This document shows positions 27,709 to 42,400 of a DNA stretch of 64,000 nucleotides, piece by piece (positions within the stretch are counted from its first letter, which is position 1; every line of letters starts with the position of its first letter). The stretch is from Octopus sinensis. Taxonomy: Eukaryota. The position numbers and the translations under genes are program-made. The stretch is from NCBI RefSeq assembly GCF_006345805.1, contig NC_043000.1:83142001-83206000 (forward strand), written 5' to 3'. The notes beneath the pieces were generated by a model. It worked only from the letters and a program-made list of their open reading frames with translations. It did no database searches and had not been told where the DNA came from.

Positions 27709-28962
27709 ATATGGATTTTGTAGACAGGAACTGAAACAAATCATTTGTATATATATGTATGTATATATGTAAGTGTTTTATTTACATCCCCATAACTTAC
27801 TGGTTTCACAAGAACAAACTAATAGAATAAGTACCAGGCCTATATTTATAAAATTTCATCTTCTTACAAGTTACAAAGACCTCCTCCATGGGAACTTAAC
27901 ACCCACAATTTTGTCATTTTATCCAAGCAAAAATGAATACAGTTGTGCTCTTGGAAGCTGTAGGGTTACCTGAACATAAAAGATGAGCATTATTTGTAAT
28001 TCATTGGTACAACAGTGTAACAGTTTGCTTTGACATACATTTACATTGTGATTTCTGCAATGTGGTGCATAAATTGTCAAGTAAATGAGAGGCATCTTTG
28101 CCGCCACTGATTCAGTTGCAAAGTGTTGAGTAAAGTTATTTGATCACAGACCTCCTTTCAGTCTTTTAATTATCACTGGGTCACACATAGTTCCCAGATG
28201 GTAACATTGATTTCAAGGCCTTCCCAGATGAGTGACTGGTTATTCAAAAACATTTATAGATTGTAAATTTATTCTGTCCAGTTACATATCAGTATAGTGG
28301 TCATTTGCAAACTCCAGAGGTGACACTTTCCTTTCTCCTTAGCCCTCACGTCACACAGTTGTTAATGTTTATTTCAATTGGGTCATGCCCTTCCAATTGC
28401 TATAGATTTGTAATGCCTCTTATGGCTGTGCCTGTCAGCTGGATGGTGAGGAATCCTACATTGGGAGTGGTAATGACTAGGGTAGGGTAACTGACTACTT
28501 ATTGTGATCATTCATCTTTTGGTTTCCTGTAGCTTTGCTCTCTTTTACAAACCCAATGAACATATATTTCCTATTTCAAAGAAATTCAAACAATAGATAT
28601 AAGACCCAAGTTAAAAAGATTCTCAACAATTCAACTTCTCTTGTTGACATTAAGATGCCCACCCCCAACAGGGTCCTTAACTCTCACATTTTAGAGCTCC
28701 ATGACCTCCATTTTTCAGGAGCAAAATCTTTTTAACAGGTTCAATAAGACTGGAAATTTGGAATATGTGCATAAAAATCAGTAGTATGGGATACATGTGG
28801 CACAATTACAATTTTTTAGGGTGTGTAAAGAGGGAAATAACCTTTACCAGCAATTTTGATGAAATTCGAAACATAGATATTCTAGTTCATTACAGAAAAT
28901 ATAACAGAAAAGTCTAATTCTTCAATTGCATGTAACCCAGGCAACGCCGGGTATCTCTGCTA

Positions 28963-29008
<46 letters not shown>

Positions 29009-30434
29009 AAAAACCCACACACATACATATATAAACATAAGCATATATATATTAGGGGAAGTCAAATATTATCTGCACTTTCACCAAAACTTTCTTTAAG
29101 TTGGCTGCACTGCGTTCAGCACCCACATGCTAAAAGGTGGTATTCTACTGGTTATATAACTAACCAAGATTTGACCTTGATCGCTCCTGTTTTCTTTCTT
29201 GTGTTACAGAACATGGCTGCTCTTCTGGCAGTGTAAACTATGAAAGAACAGAGATCACTGATCCGATTTCTCTGGTCTGAAGGTGTTTCAGGGGCTGAAA
29301 TTCATTGTAGGCTTTCAGTACAATATGGGGACAAGTATGAAGAACAAAGAAGGAGAAGGACACCTATCAATTTCCACCACTGACATGAAGATTCAACAGG
29401 TTTGAGAGAGGGTTCTGGCAAACCAACTAGTGACCATCATTGAGGTGGCATGCTCTCTGCAAATTAGTCATGGTTCTGCATACAAAATCATTCATGACAA
29501 GCTTCACTTTCATAAAGTCATTGTGAGATGGGTGCCAAGTGAGCTTACTGAAGCACATATGCACAATTGTGTAGAGATCCATCAATGCTCACTTGGCCAT
29601 GACAATGATAAAGGTGAAGCTTTTTTGGAAAGAAATCAAATTGGAAGAGTTTGGAACAGAAATACCTGGAAGCGCCAGTGAAAAAGAAATTCAAAACTCA
29701 AACCATCCACTAAAAAAGTGATGCTAACTGGGTTTTTTGCAACACAAAAGGGCCTATACAGGAACATTACCTGGAAAAGGGGTTGACAGTCACTAGTGTA
29801 GGCTACAGTGAAATCCTGGTCAGCAAACTGAAACCAGCAATTTGCACCAAAGCAAGTGTTATTGTTGCATGACCTTGCACACCCACATATGGCCACCCAT
29901 ACCTTTGGAACTTTTGAAAAATTGGGTTTCACATTTCTGGAACACTCTACATACAGTCTAGACCCCACTCTTCACAATTATCACCTCTTTAAACCCCTAC
30001 AAAAAACATCGTGTTCAAGGCCATCAATTTGTTATGGATGAGGAAGTGCAGGAAGTGGTGCATAAATGGCTGTGCAACCAACCAAAAATCTTCTTTGATA
30101 GAATAAGTGAGCTTGTTGACTGCTGGAAGAAAGGTATTGAAAAGCAAGAAGACTATGTCGAAAAATGATATAATTGTTCAACCGCCTGCTTTTTTTCAGA
30201 AATTACAGAAACAAGAGTGCATGTAATTTTTTTACTTACATACATATGTATGTGAACATGTCTGTGTTTGTGTGTGTGTGGACATGGCACAAGCAACATA
30301 TATGTATATGTCAATGTCAAACAATGAGAATGATTGCTCCACACTGCAATCATAACTTTATTTGTGTATAAAGGCTACCATTGTTTTCATTGGTTTTCTT
30401 TCATGAAACCAAGGGTAGCCTTAATACACACACA

Positions 30435-30480
<46 letters not shown>

Positions 30481-30999
30481 CACACACACATACACACACA
30501 CACACATATGTATACATACATATATATATATATACCGGAGTAAACACATAAATGTGATGAACGGCAACGAGAAACTCAGAGTAACAGATTTTGTTGAATT
30601 TTCTGCTGCTTTAAATAAAGTATATATATATATACATATGTGTACATATATGGACATCCAAAACTTCATTTTCATGATCAACTCAAGTGATCTCTCATTT
30701 TATGTGGTGTCTCTCCCACTCACTTGAAGCCCCTTCCCTGGCTGTTAATCAGAAGGCATGGAAGCCCATGTGTGTTACTGGATTAGAACACTTTGGAACC
30801 AAATGTCGGAGACTGCATGAAAAGAGATGCAGTTGTTGTTCAGGGGCACTTTCAGTGCCTTCAATGTCACAGGATCTGCCTATTTCATGTTGGTCTTGTC
30901 AGTCACCTTGACAAACAACATGCTGGAAGTGGAGGAGGATGAATGTCTTCAATCAATGCTGCCATCACCTTTGATGAGCTATCATAAGCAAAGTAAGTT

Positions 31000-31030
<31 letters not shown>

Positions 31031-34000
31031 AAGAGAGAGAGAGAGAGACATTAAACATAACTGCATCTGGTGGTGAGATTCTACCTCAGAAGTTCTGGAG
31101 TTGTGGGGAACATGGAGTTATCCCTTAATGACCATTACTCCCAGGTCCATCCTGACCCAGAACAGTAGTACTTATTGGGGTCCCATCTGTGGGTTAAATA
31201 GATTTTCCAGACGTAGAGAATACTCCCATTATTTTTGACAAAACCATGGCGAAGGCAGATACTCTGACATTTAAAATAATGCTAGCCATCTTGCAATGCT
31301 TGTCACTGGAATCTACCATGACAACTGTGACAGTGGGAAAAGTGTTAGACAAGCTTTTGTCACTTAAATCTAATGACATACAGATGTCTCACTATTGAAT
31401 GTGAGATGGCTATCATTTGAGAAGATAGGGCAATCAACATGTGTGTTGTGGGGGGGGAGGTGTGAGTGTAATGGACATCTTTCAGCTTTTGTCCACCAAA
31501 TCTCACAAGGCTTTTTTCAGTGTGAAGCTATTGCAGAAGCCACTTGCCCAAAGTACCAAAATTCATATTAAAGTACTTTGCTTTAGAGATTTTTTTCTTT
31601 TAATGTATAACTTAAAGAATTAACTCACATTCACAAAATCCCTTTCACTAAACCTGTTCTTCAAGCGTATAAATCCTTTCATTTTTCGACGGGTTTCAAA
31701 GACAACTCGCTTAAAGATCATGATTGCCATCTAAAGAAGAGAAAATAATTCCATTATTTCACTCAGAAAAACAATTCGAATATTCTTTTCACAATCTGAT
31801 TATTTAATTTAATATATGAGAAAATGGTTTATGAAAATAGCTTGTTCATTGTACACAAATATTTTAATGTTTTCATCATTCACATCATTCTCTTTAACAT
31901 TAACACAACCACCATTTTTATTACCAATGGATTCTGTGGATATTCTATGTTTATAAATGATTAATTTCAATTTAAATGCATTAATAGATCTTTTTAAAAT
32001 TGCTCCATTCTGTTTAAATATTTTCATCATATCTTCAATTTCACCCCATAGATAAAGTTAATGCAGGTGTAATTTTTACACTTACATCTTTGAGATAAAG
32101 ATTTTGATTGTGTGATTCCATTCCTTCCAAATGAATTCCTTTATATTTTGATCATTCTCCTCCAATGTGTGTCTAGTCATAGTCATATTGTTAAGATAAA
32201 AGAAGGCACCACACAACTTTTCTTCTCTCACTACCCCATCCATAGCTTGTTGGAAGTCATCTACCATATTTGAGGTTCCAATGAAATCCTACACAACTGA
32301 TACAGATAGCCATTGGCTTCAAAAGCTGTATATTGTCTAGAATCCTTCAGCCACACCTAGTACCAGACACTTTTCATGTCAAAGGTGAAGAATGGTCTCT
32401 ATTTTGTAAGTTTGTTTATTAGCTCATCTATCAAAGGCAAGGGATAAGCATCTGACTTCATATATTGGTCGACTGTCACTTAAACTACTGGAACTCACCA
32501 TGAGGACATGCTTGCCCCAGTAACAACAAATGGCAAATATCCCTTGCAATGAAGTTTTCATCATCTTTACTAAATTACTTTGATTTGAGAGCAATTGGTT
32601 TTTCTCTTGGAGACAAGTTTGGAAAAGGGATGACTCTCTTACTTTTACTATGGCCAATGTACTGAAATCAGTAGCATTTACAGTTATGTCAGACAGGACT
32701 TCCCCATATTCAAATTTTACCCTCAGATATTGGTGCAGGAAAGCTTGGCCAAGTAACATATCAGCTCACAATTCCCTCAAATTACGGAGTCATGCAGCAA
32801 CAAGTAACTGGTTATTAAGGCTAACAGTTAGGTCCACAACAACATAACTCTTGGAACTAATATTTTAGGTTTTGTGAACCATAATGGTGTCTTTACTAGA
32901 GAGGGGAGTCTTTAATTTTAGTTCCTGCACAGCTTTCTTACTAACAGTGCCGCAGAATCCTAGACAGAATTCTAGACGCCACTTAACCTTTGTCCCTTCC
33001 TAATCAAAAAAGTCGCAGCTTGAATGAGTCCCTGTCATACATTCACTGGGTTAGTATGTGAGAAGTGACCACTGTCACCAGTAAGCTTAATAAGGTCTTG
33101 GGTTTGCATATGGGAGCATAATGTTCCTTCTTGAGGCATTTATTGCATTTATGCTGGACAGTTATCACATGAATGGTGAAAGAAACAACAAATGAAACAT
33201 TTCCTCTTAGTAATTTATAATCAGCATACAGAACTGGTTCATTAAGAACAACTGAAAGCTTATATGAATCTTTCTCATATACTTGTGATATCTATTGTTG
33301 ACCAGAGTTAACTACTGTCACTGTATTGACCTTTGGGGTTGTGTATATATTGTTACTGCGCTGGGCTATATCTATCACAGAGGCTTTATTATAAACAATC
33401 TTGAAGCCCAGTGCTTTATTTTCTAAAAGGTGCTGATGTATTGAAGTTGAGGTTATACCAGCAATGAATGTTACATGTTGCATAATAGTCGTACTGCTCT
33501 GTGCTATAATCCTGGTAATTTCAATTCCTCTATAGCTTCTCTAACTCTCTGGAAAATTAATCCAATGATTCATCTGGTAAGTATCTAGTAAAAACAATGG
33601 AGCCTACTCAGGCTAATAGAGTCCTATATTTATTTGGTATTTTGTCCCGATAGTCCTCTTCAATACAAATTGTAAAGATGGTTCACTGGTATTGGTGTTC
33701 TGTGAACTCAGGTCAATATCTAAAACTTAGGTTTCTACACCATCTTCATTTTTGAATTTGGGTTGAATAAATTGTAATGATAGCCAAAAGGTGGTTGCTT
33801 CTTCCCAAGCTTTATTCAACTCAGTTGTTTAGTTACAGTTCAGAATAGCATGGCACTTTATGTGCAATTACATAATACTAAGGTTGCCTCAACAACTTCT
33901 AGTTCTACCATTCAGTTCTGGTTGCATGTATGGAAACTTATATATATGAACCAATTAATTGTAACATTATATCATCATCATCATTTAGTGTGTATTTTCC

Positions 34001-34613
34001 ATGCTGGCATGGGTTAGATGGTTTGATAGGAACTTGTAAGCCAGAGAGCAGTACCATGTTCCAGCCTGATTTGGCTTGCTTTCTACAGCTAGATGCCCTT
34101 CCTAATGCCAACCACTCCAAGAATGTAATGGGTGCCTTTTATGTCACTGGCACAGGTGCCATTTACATTTTACCAGCACTGGCCACGGCTACAATTTCAC
34201 TTTGTTTCTCAAGCACAGCAAATGACCAGAGGTCTCGAACGCTGTCATTGCCTCCATGAGACTCAGCATCCAAAGATTGTAACATTATATGTTTCATAAT
34301 TATCCCGCAGCCTTTCGTCAAAACTCCTAATTTATTCTTAACTATTTGTTGAGCACAGTTGTGATCATGTTCCTCAGATTTGTTATAGACATACATATAT
34401 CATACATGAATGGGTAAGTAAAAGAAAAGGTATAGTAAAGGAGGTTCAAATTCTTTTCTCCTCTACCAACCCTTATCTTTGAGTATCACAAAGCAGAACA
34501 ATGTAAGAAGATTACACAGATGTAAATGCATTATATATATATATATATATCATCATCATCATCATCATCATCGATGATGATATATATATATATATCATCA
34601 TCATCATCGATGT

Positions 34614-34675
<62 letters not shown>

Positions 34676-36357
34676 ACTTAAATATATATATAGAAATGTT
34701 TAAATTTGAAGTATTCCATCCATGCTATTATATAAAAATTGATGTGAAAAGTGAAAAGAAAAAAGATTAAGAATACCTTCAAAGTACATTCTCGAATAGC
34801 TGCTGTGTGTTGAGTGGTTCTTGCCCTTTCACTCTTTTTCTGAACATTCAAGACGTCATTTATTTTGCACAATCCTCTTCTGGCAAAGGCTTCTGCATGC
34901 TCTCCTGTTTTACATTCCCAATAGCACTGACATACAGCTGTGTATATTGTGCACCGCCAAGACAAGAAGGAAATGTCAGTGAGAAGGGGAGAGTTCTCTA
35001 CACACAGACAAGCCCAAATTAAGTATTGTAGAACCTAAAACAAAAAATGTGATGGAATAGTAAATGTAAAACAAATATGATTAAAGAGATTCGAAATTAG
35101 CTTCAACTGATAATATTAGTTTCAAATTTTTGCATAGGGCCAGTAAATTCAAGAGATTACATCAACCCCAGAATTCAACCAATACTTATTTTATTGAACC
35201 CAAAAGCATGAAAGGCAAAGTTAGCCCCTGCAGAATTTGAACTCAGAATATAAAGACAGATGAAATGTCGCTAAGCATTTTGCCTGGCATGCTAATGATT
35301 CTGCCAGGTCACTGCCTTCTCTTCAACAGATATATTAACAAGGATAAATCAAAAATATTTTATTGACAAGAAAGCAGAAAAGTGTAACTTTTTTATAAAA
35401 AGGAAACAATGTAACAATATTTGTTTAAGTTAAACAAATCTTTTATTAAATTGCAATTTAATTGTTCACCTGAAACCACCCAATTTGTATCACCTTACTT
35501 ACACTTGTATTAAAAGAAGTTATGGAATCTGTAATCTAAGGGGGAAAAAAAATCTTTCTATCATTTTTTTACATTTTGTAAATGTACATCATTAGCATTA
35601 ATCATTCATTGTTAATTTAATAACTAATTATTACACAAAATGCAAAATAACATTAAATTTCTTGTTAAGAATTAGTTATTATGAAGTTCATCATTATTAT
35701 CCTCATCATCATTTAATGTCCACTTTCCATGCTGGCATTGGGTTTGATAGTTTGACAGGAGCTGACCAGGCAGAAGACTGCTCCAGACTTCTGTGTCTGT
35801 TTTGGCATGGTTTTTTACAGCTGGATGCCCTTCTTAACACCAACCACCCCTGCAGAGTGGATAGAATGCTTTTTATGTGGCACCAGCACAGACGAGGTCA
35901 GTTTTGGCATGGTTTTTACAGTTGGATGCCCTTTCAAACACCAACCACTTTACAATGTGAACTGGATGCTTTTTTCATGGCACCAGCACTGATACCACCA
36001 AATAGCTTGCAAGACAAAGATCCTTTAAGAGGGGAGGGGCCATTGAGGAGGTGATCTTGTACCAGATGATGAAAGGTTAGAGAGTGATAGAAAAACAGAA
36101 ATAGGTGTCTTGCTGTAGAGGCAGTACATGGTTACCTGGCTAGAGAGAGAGAGTATGATCAAGAATGAGGACAGAAACAGGTGCACTGCTGTAGAGGAGA
36201 TGCATGGTTACCCAACCAGAGGGAGAGAGAGAGAGTGCAAGACAGCAAGAGTGCAAGAGAGAGAGAGAGAGAGAGAGAGAGCAGGAGAGAGATGGTGTTG
36301 AAGTGCAGGGCATACTCACAAGGAATGGGAATCAGAATGTATTTCATAAACTCAGTG

Positions 36358-36420
<63 letters not shown>

Positions 36421-39400
36421 GCAAATGGCCTAGTGGTTAGGGCATTGCACTCACAATCACAAGATCTTGGTTTTGATTCCTAGATTGCTGGTGCATTGTG
36501 TTTTTGAGTAAAAGCACTTCATTTTATGTTGCTCCATTCCACTCACTTGTGAATGGATGGTCCTGTGACAGAATGGCATTCCAGTCAGTGGGTATGTTGG
36601 CCTGCCTGTCTAGCCAGTGGGGTAGCATTATTTGAAAGCTACAATAATGAAAGTAAGTGCATTGTGACCAGTGATGTATAACAACATCTGATGGTCTGGT
36701 CAATACAGTGCTATGTATATTTGCTTGCTCAGAAATTAAAAATTAAGGTTATGCTAAAAATTCATGTTACCTTTGTAGCGTGTCCAGCCACCATCATATC
36801 TTGACAAATAGTGTATATAAGTACAGTGCCTGAAAAACATAGTGGAAATATCTTAAAATAGGCTAAAATGTGTCTGGAGAAAAATCACTAAATCTATATT
36901 AAAAGCATGTGGACATTTTTGGGCAAGTGGTTTTAATTGAAAGATAATTGAAGTGTGGATATGACCAATGAAGATTAGTCAGAGAAAGAAAAACAATTGT
37001 AGCATGCTGCCATGAAAAGAACTGAGTCCTAAAGTGACTGTTGTTTTGGAAGAATTAGACATTGTCTAAGTTACATCTTATTCTGGTAGAGAAGCTAAGT
37101 TTTCTTGATTCAGGTTTGGAAAGGAATATCTGGTTTCTAGATGAGGAAGATTTCTTGAAAATGGCTATTCTCTAAAGAGTTATTCCATAACACAGTAGCT
37201 CCCTGATAAGCTAAACATGGGAGATTGTTTCAATTATGAGTTATATTCTGATATATATTTTAAGGGTAGTTTAATGTAATAATAATGATAATTTACATTA
37301 AGGAGTGAAATATACAATTTCCTGTAATTCAGACCACTTTATGGTCCCAGCAGATAAAATGGAAAAGGCGTTGCCCCAGAGGATGGTGAGGTAGATGCAC
37401 TGGAATAGCCACTCTGAATCACAGGATCACACTTGTGGATAACCATCTCTGCTCCAATAGTGCTGAGGCCAAGAACACTGGAGGTCTCCACTGCCACAGG
37501 CTCGATATAAAGTTGTCAGAGGGCAACCAATATTTTGATAGTTTGCTTTTCTCAGCCTGACAAGCATGAAGCCTAGGCTGATGGCTGAACACACCAAATT
37601 GCTGCTGGTGAAGGTACCATAGCATGTGGCATCCCAAATGAGGGACCTTCCACACCATGCTACCCTTAACAACATCATAAAACATGGCCTAGAACACTAC
37701 AGGCTTCCCTTCCCAGCTTGAGCCAGTAGGGCTTTAAGAGCTATATATATCTATATATATAAAACTGTAGTTGTGTGAGTGTCTGTCCCCTTCAATTTAG
37801 ATTCCTAACTACTCCCACATTTTGCGGTGCAGTTTAACCAAATTCGGGTATCTTATAGTCGTGATTCATATCGAGCCCGTCTGGGTATTAGCGCACGTCT
37901 ACGATGAGCCTACGATTTTAAAAATAATCTAACATCATTTTTTATTCCATTTTAATGCATAATTTTTCGTGTGTCGATGGTGGCGGAGTTGGCGTCCATG
38001 GTCACATCTGCACCTGTGTTGCTTCTCCCCCGTCTTCCCTCCCTCGTGAAGCTGTGGGGAAGGGAGTGTAAGGAAATCAACGTCGTAAAGCGTTGTCAAG
38101 GAGACCAGCGTTCTTTTAGAACATCGACTTCATGGCTTGAAGACACCAAAACAGAAATGGCTAAGAAAGCCCGAATTGGCATCTATAAGGGAAGTAACTC
38201 TCTAAAAATGCTTATATAGTTATTTCCCTTACAAACCCAAGCAACGCCGGGCGATACTGCTAGTATATATATATAAGGTGAATGGATAAGTAAAGACTTA
38301 ATTCTTTAAAATGATTACCACATGTATTACTCCTGTTTTTATTATTTCTAAGACGGTGAGCTGACAGAATTATTAAAACAACAGGCAAAATTCTTAGCAG
38401 CATTTATTTTGCCTTATGTTCGGTGTTCAAATTCTGCCACAGTTAACTTAGCTTTTCATCCTTTCAGGACAAATAAAATTAAAAACTAGTCAAGTACTGG
38501 GGCCAATGTTATCAACTTGACCCCTCCACTCAAAATTACTAGTCTTGTACCAAAATAAGAAAGATTATTTGTAAGTTTTACTATTGTCAGAAGTTTTTTT
38601 TACATATTTAATATATTTTTTACTTATTTTATATATGACATTGTTGGTTACAGTTTACCAACAGACAAATCAGCAATTTTCTGCATTTCTATTTTGATTT
38701 TCTTGCCCATGTTTACATCTTCAGCTGATAAACATCAACAAAGACATATGCATATACAAATCTACAATGGGCTTTTGCATGATATGTTTATGAAATTTTT
38801 CTCACAAGGCATTGATCAACCTGAGGCCCTAGCAGAAGACTTACCATGCTGAGCAGTTTGGAATTGAACTTCTAAACTACACAGCCAAACTGACACCCAT
38901 TTAAAAATGACAGATTACACCATTTTGGCTCACATCTGATTAAAATAACATTCAATTCGCTCTCAAATTACAACAAATGTGGGAGCTTCCACATGGTATC
39001 ACAAACAGAAGAAGTAGTAGCCAGATTTTCTTCAAACACATCTTACTGCCTGACATATGTTTATATGTATACAAGAACCAACAAGTGAAACTAACATCTT
39101 AACAAGGATGTCAGATATAGCAAGCAATTCTCCCTCAAGTCACATCACATTTTTGTCTCATGTTATTTTGATACAATAACTGGATACAAATTATAAAGGT
39201 ACTTTTCCTTTAATATCAAAGATTTTAAACTGGTGGTTTATATATGAAAGGACCAGAAGTAGTTTCAAAAGGGTTGATATAATCCAGGGTGTTCAAAGAG
39301 TCCCATATATATATATAAAACTAGAACTTTGCTTTACTTTGATTCAGTTGTTGAAACAATTTAGCTGTGAAGGCATCAAAATTTTGAGTTAGTGCTGTTC

Positions 39401-42400
39401 CAATACAACAGTTTTTAACAGTTTTTTTTAACTGTTACACAATTTTTTAATTGTTACACAGTTTTTTTTAACTGTGTAATGTAGTTGACAGAAGTATCAA
39501 GGTACTATCCATATCAAAACATTACTATAATCTCCTTTTGAATGACAATGCATAGGGATTCTAAATCATTAGTCAATGTAATATGTAATACATGCCAAAA
39601 TCTTCACATTATTGGTCATATTACTTTGATACAATACTTGGACATTACCAGATACCTCTTGAAGACGTCTACATGATATCTAAATCTGGTAGAAATAGCA
39701 GCCAAATCTCCTTCAAGTCACATCCTATTGTTATATATGTATACATATATCTGAGTAACCAAGTGGTTACATCAGTGGTTCTTAACTTTTTTCATCATCT
39801 TACTCCATGAGACTCTCCAGGGTATTACCATGACCCCGATAATAAATTTTGTAATGGTGAACTTTGCAGAAAGCTAAGATAAAACAAAGCTATATGAAGA
39901 TCTTAATTTATTGAAAATGTTACAAATGAAAGACCTACAAGTGCTAAAAAAACACATGGAACTACTGAACATCATACTTACTCACTCAGTGGGAGGGTGG
40001 ATATTATTTTCCAGCCATAAGTATATCAAAGTGAGGAACAGTGCTTGACAGACAATACCTCCTGTCAGTGTCAATCACAAGCCTACTGCTTGTCTTTGTT
40101 TTCAGTGCCATCATTGCTGAGAACCCAGTCTTGCAGCAGTAGGTCAAGGAGGACTGGATCAGTGCTTGCATTGAAAGAAGAGAATGGTCATCCTTCAGTT
40201 TCGCCCAAAATGTCAGAACCTCTTGTTCAGAAAAATCAACTGAGTATCCTCACAAATTTGAAGAAAATATCAGTATCACTGATGGCACTGTCCTTCACTG
40301 AAAAGGGTCTGCAGGATAGTTGTCATCTGAAGGAAGAAAGCTGTGTCTTGGAAGTCACAGAGCAGGAGCAAAGCACATAGTCACAGTATCACTAGCAGCT
40401 GCAATATATTACACTGCAATACAGCAGTACAGCTGCAATACAATACCTTAAATACATGTAATAAATTACTTTCTCCCAAACGCTCTGTGACCCTGCCTCC
40501 CCCAGGGTCACAACACCCAGTTTAAGAACTGTTGTACTACATAGTAGCTAGACATGTTAGAATAGCAGACATATCTCCCTAAAAATCACACCCTCCTGTT
40601 TTATATATAGAATAAAAACCAAACATTTACTCCGAGGCATTGGATTGAACAAGTGACTAAGAAATTTCTACTGTAATTCCTGCTTTAGTGAAATTAGACA
40701 AAGATTCTATTATATTAGTCTTTTAGTTTGTAACATGTGCCAATTACCAGTACTGCATAGAATTACTTTGATACAATACTCAGGCAGCACTGGGGATCTC
40801 TGCCAGTTTAAATATAAATTTCCTAAGATATTACTTTTCAAAGAAATTAACACCTGTTCCTGACAGAATATTCATTCTAGCAAACTATTTGATTTAAAAT
40901 GTTAACAAAAGTTTTAGAGCTTACATATTATATTCATTTTACTGAAAGCATATAATCTAATAAATTTTACAGAGGCATTCCATTTATGCATGAAAGACAT
41001 TCATAAAGAATCATTGGTTTTAAAAAGCCATCTAGTGTTAAATTTGTGTTAAAATATTTGATTAAAACTTAAGAAAAGTACATTTTAAAGAAGCAGACAT
41101 AAACAAATAAAAAGTCATGATTATGATGAGCTCCCAGACTGTCAGAAGCTTACTGGCTGAAATGAATGTCCTTTCTCTACCTGTCTGAGATACACTAAGT
41201 AACTTTGATAACTTTTATAGGTTTCAGCCAGTATAGGCCCAGGCCATGTCTAACTTAATAGCACCACCTGGTGGACACTATAGCCCACTCTAGCAAAAAG
41301 TTATTATTGTTGGAGACATGTCTGGGTGTAGGAGGTTGGTCTAGGATTTTTTTGAAGAACTTTGTCCAGTGAACATTTGAATTTTATGGGATCCGTTTTC
41401 GTTTTGACATATTTTGGTATGGTATTAAAGAGAGCTGGACCAGTTGAGGTAAAGTAATTGTGACATAATGTTGCTATGTGTACCAAGTTCGATTTTTGTA
41501 GTGGACGGATAGCATGGGGGCCAAGTCTTGAATGGATTTTAAAATTGATGCCAACATCATTTGTGCAATATTGATGGAATATTTTCCACATAACACAAAT
41601 GATATAGCAGTCCTGGTGGCATTGGAGAGAGTAGAGATTGAGTTTTTTAGTCAGCCACAATAATCAATGCCTCTCATGCCGTCTATCTTTTTTGTTATTG
41701 ACCTCTGGAGTGCTTCTATTTTCATAATGAGTTGCTTTGTATGGGGAGACTACAGTGGGCAACAGTATTCAAGGTTGCCCACTGATGGTGCAGGCATCTC
41801 TAGACTGGAAAGTTCTCAGAAACCAGGAGCACACCTTGCAGGCCAAATCAACCTTACTGTTTACGTGGGAACTTCAGCTTAGATTGTTATCAATAATTAC
41901 TCCAAGGTCTCTAGTGTTAGATGCTGCTCACAGTTATATTATATTGTAAATGTTTTATTTCAAACTAAGGGATTATTTAAGGTAAAAATTGAATAATCCT
42001 TCTCTTTATTTGGCATTAAGGGGACATTTTTGAACTGATCAAGTAGAAGAGGTAGAATACAGTGAGGCCTTATAAATATTGGTTTCAAACTTTGGTACAA
42101 GGCCAGCAAGTTTGAGGGAGTGTGTAAGATGATTACATCGACCTCAGTGTTCAACCGGTACTTATTTTATTGACCCCAACTGGATGAAAGGCAAAGTTGA
42201 CCTCAGCAAAATTTGAACTCAGAACATAAGGACAGATGATATGCTGCTAAGCATTTTGCCTGGCTTACTAACGATTCTGCCAGCTCACTGCCTTTGGCCT
42301 TATAAGTATTGGAATCACATAGACAACTTTTCATAATCGGATGTTTGTTTTTTTGTCATTTTATATTGGTGAATCAGAGGAGTCTCAATGCATAGATATT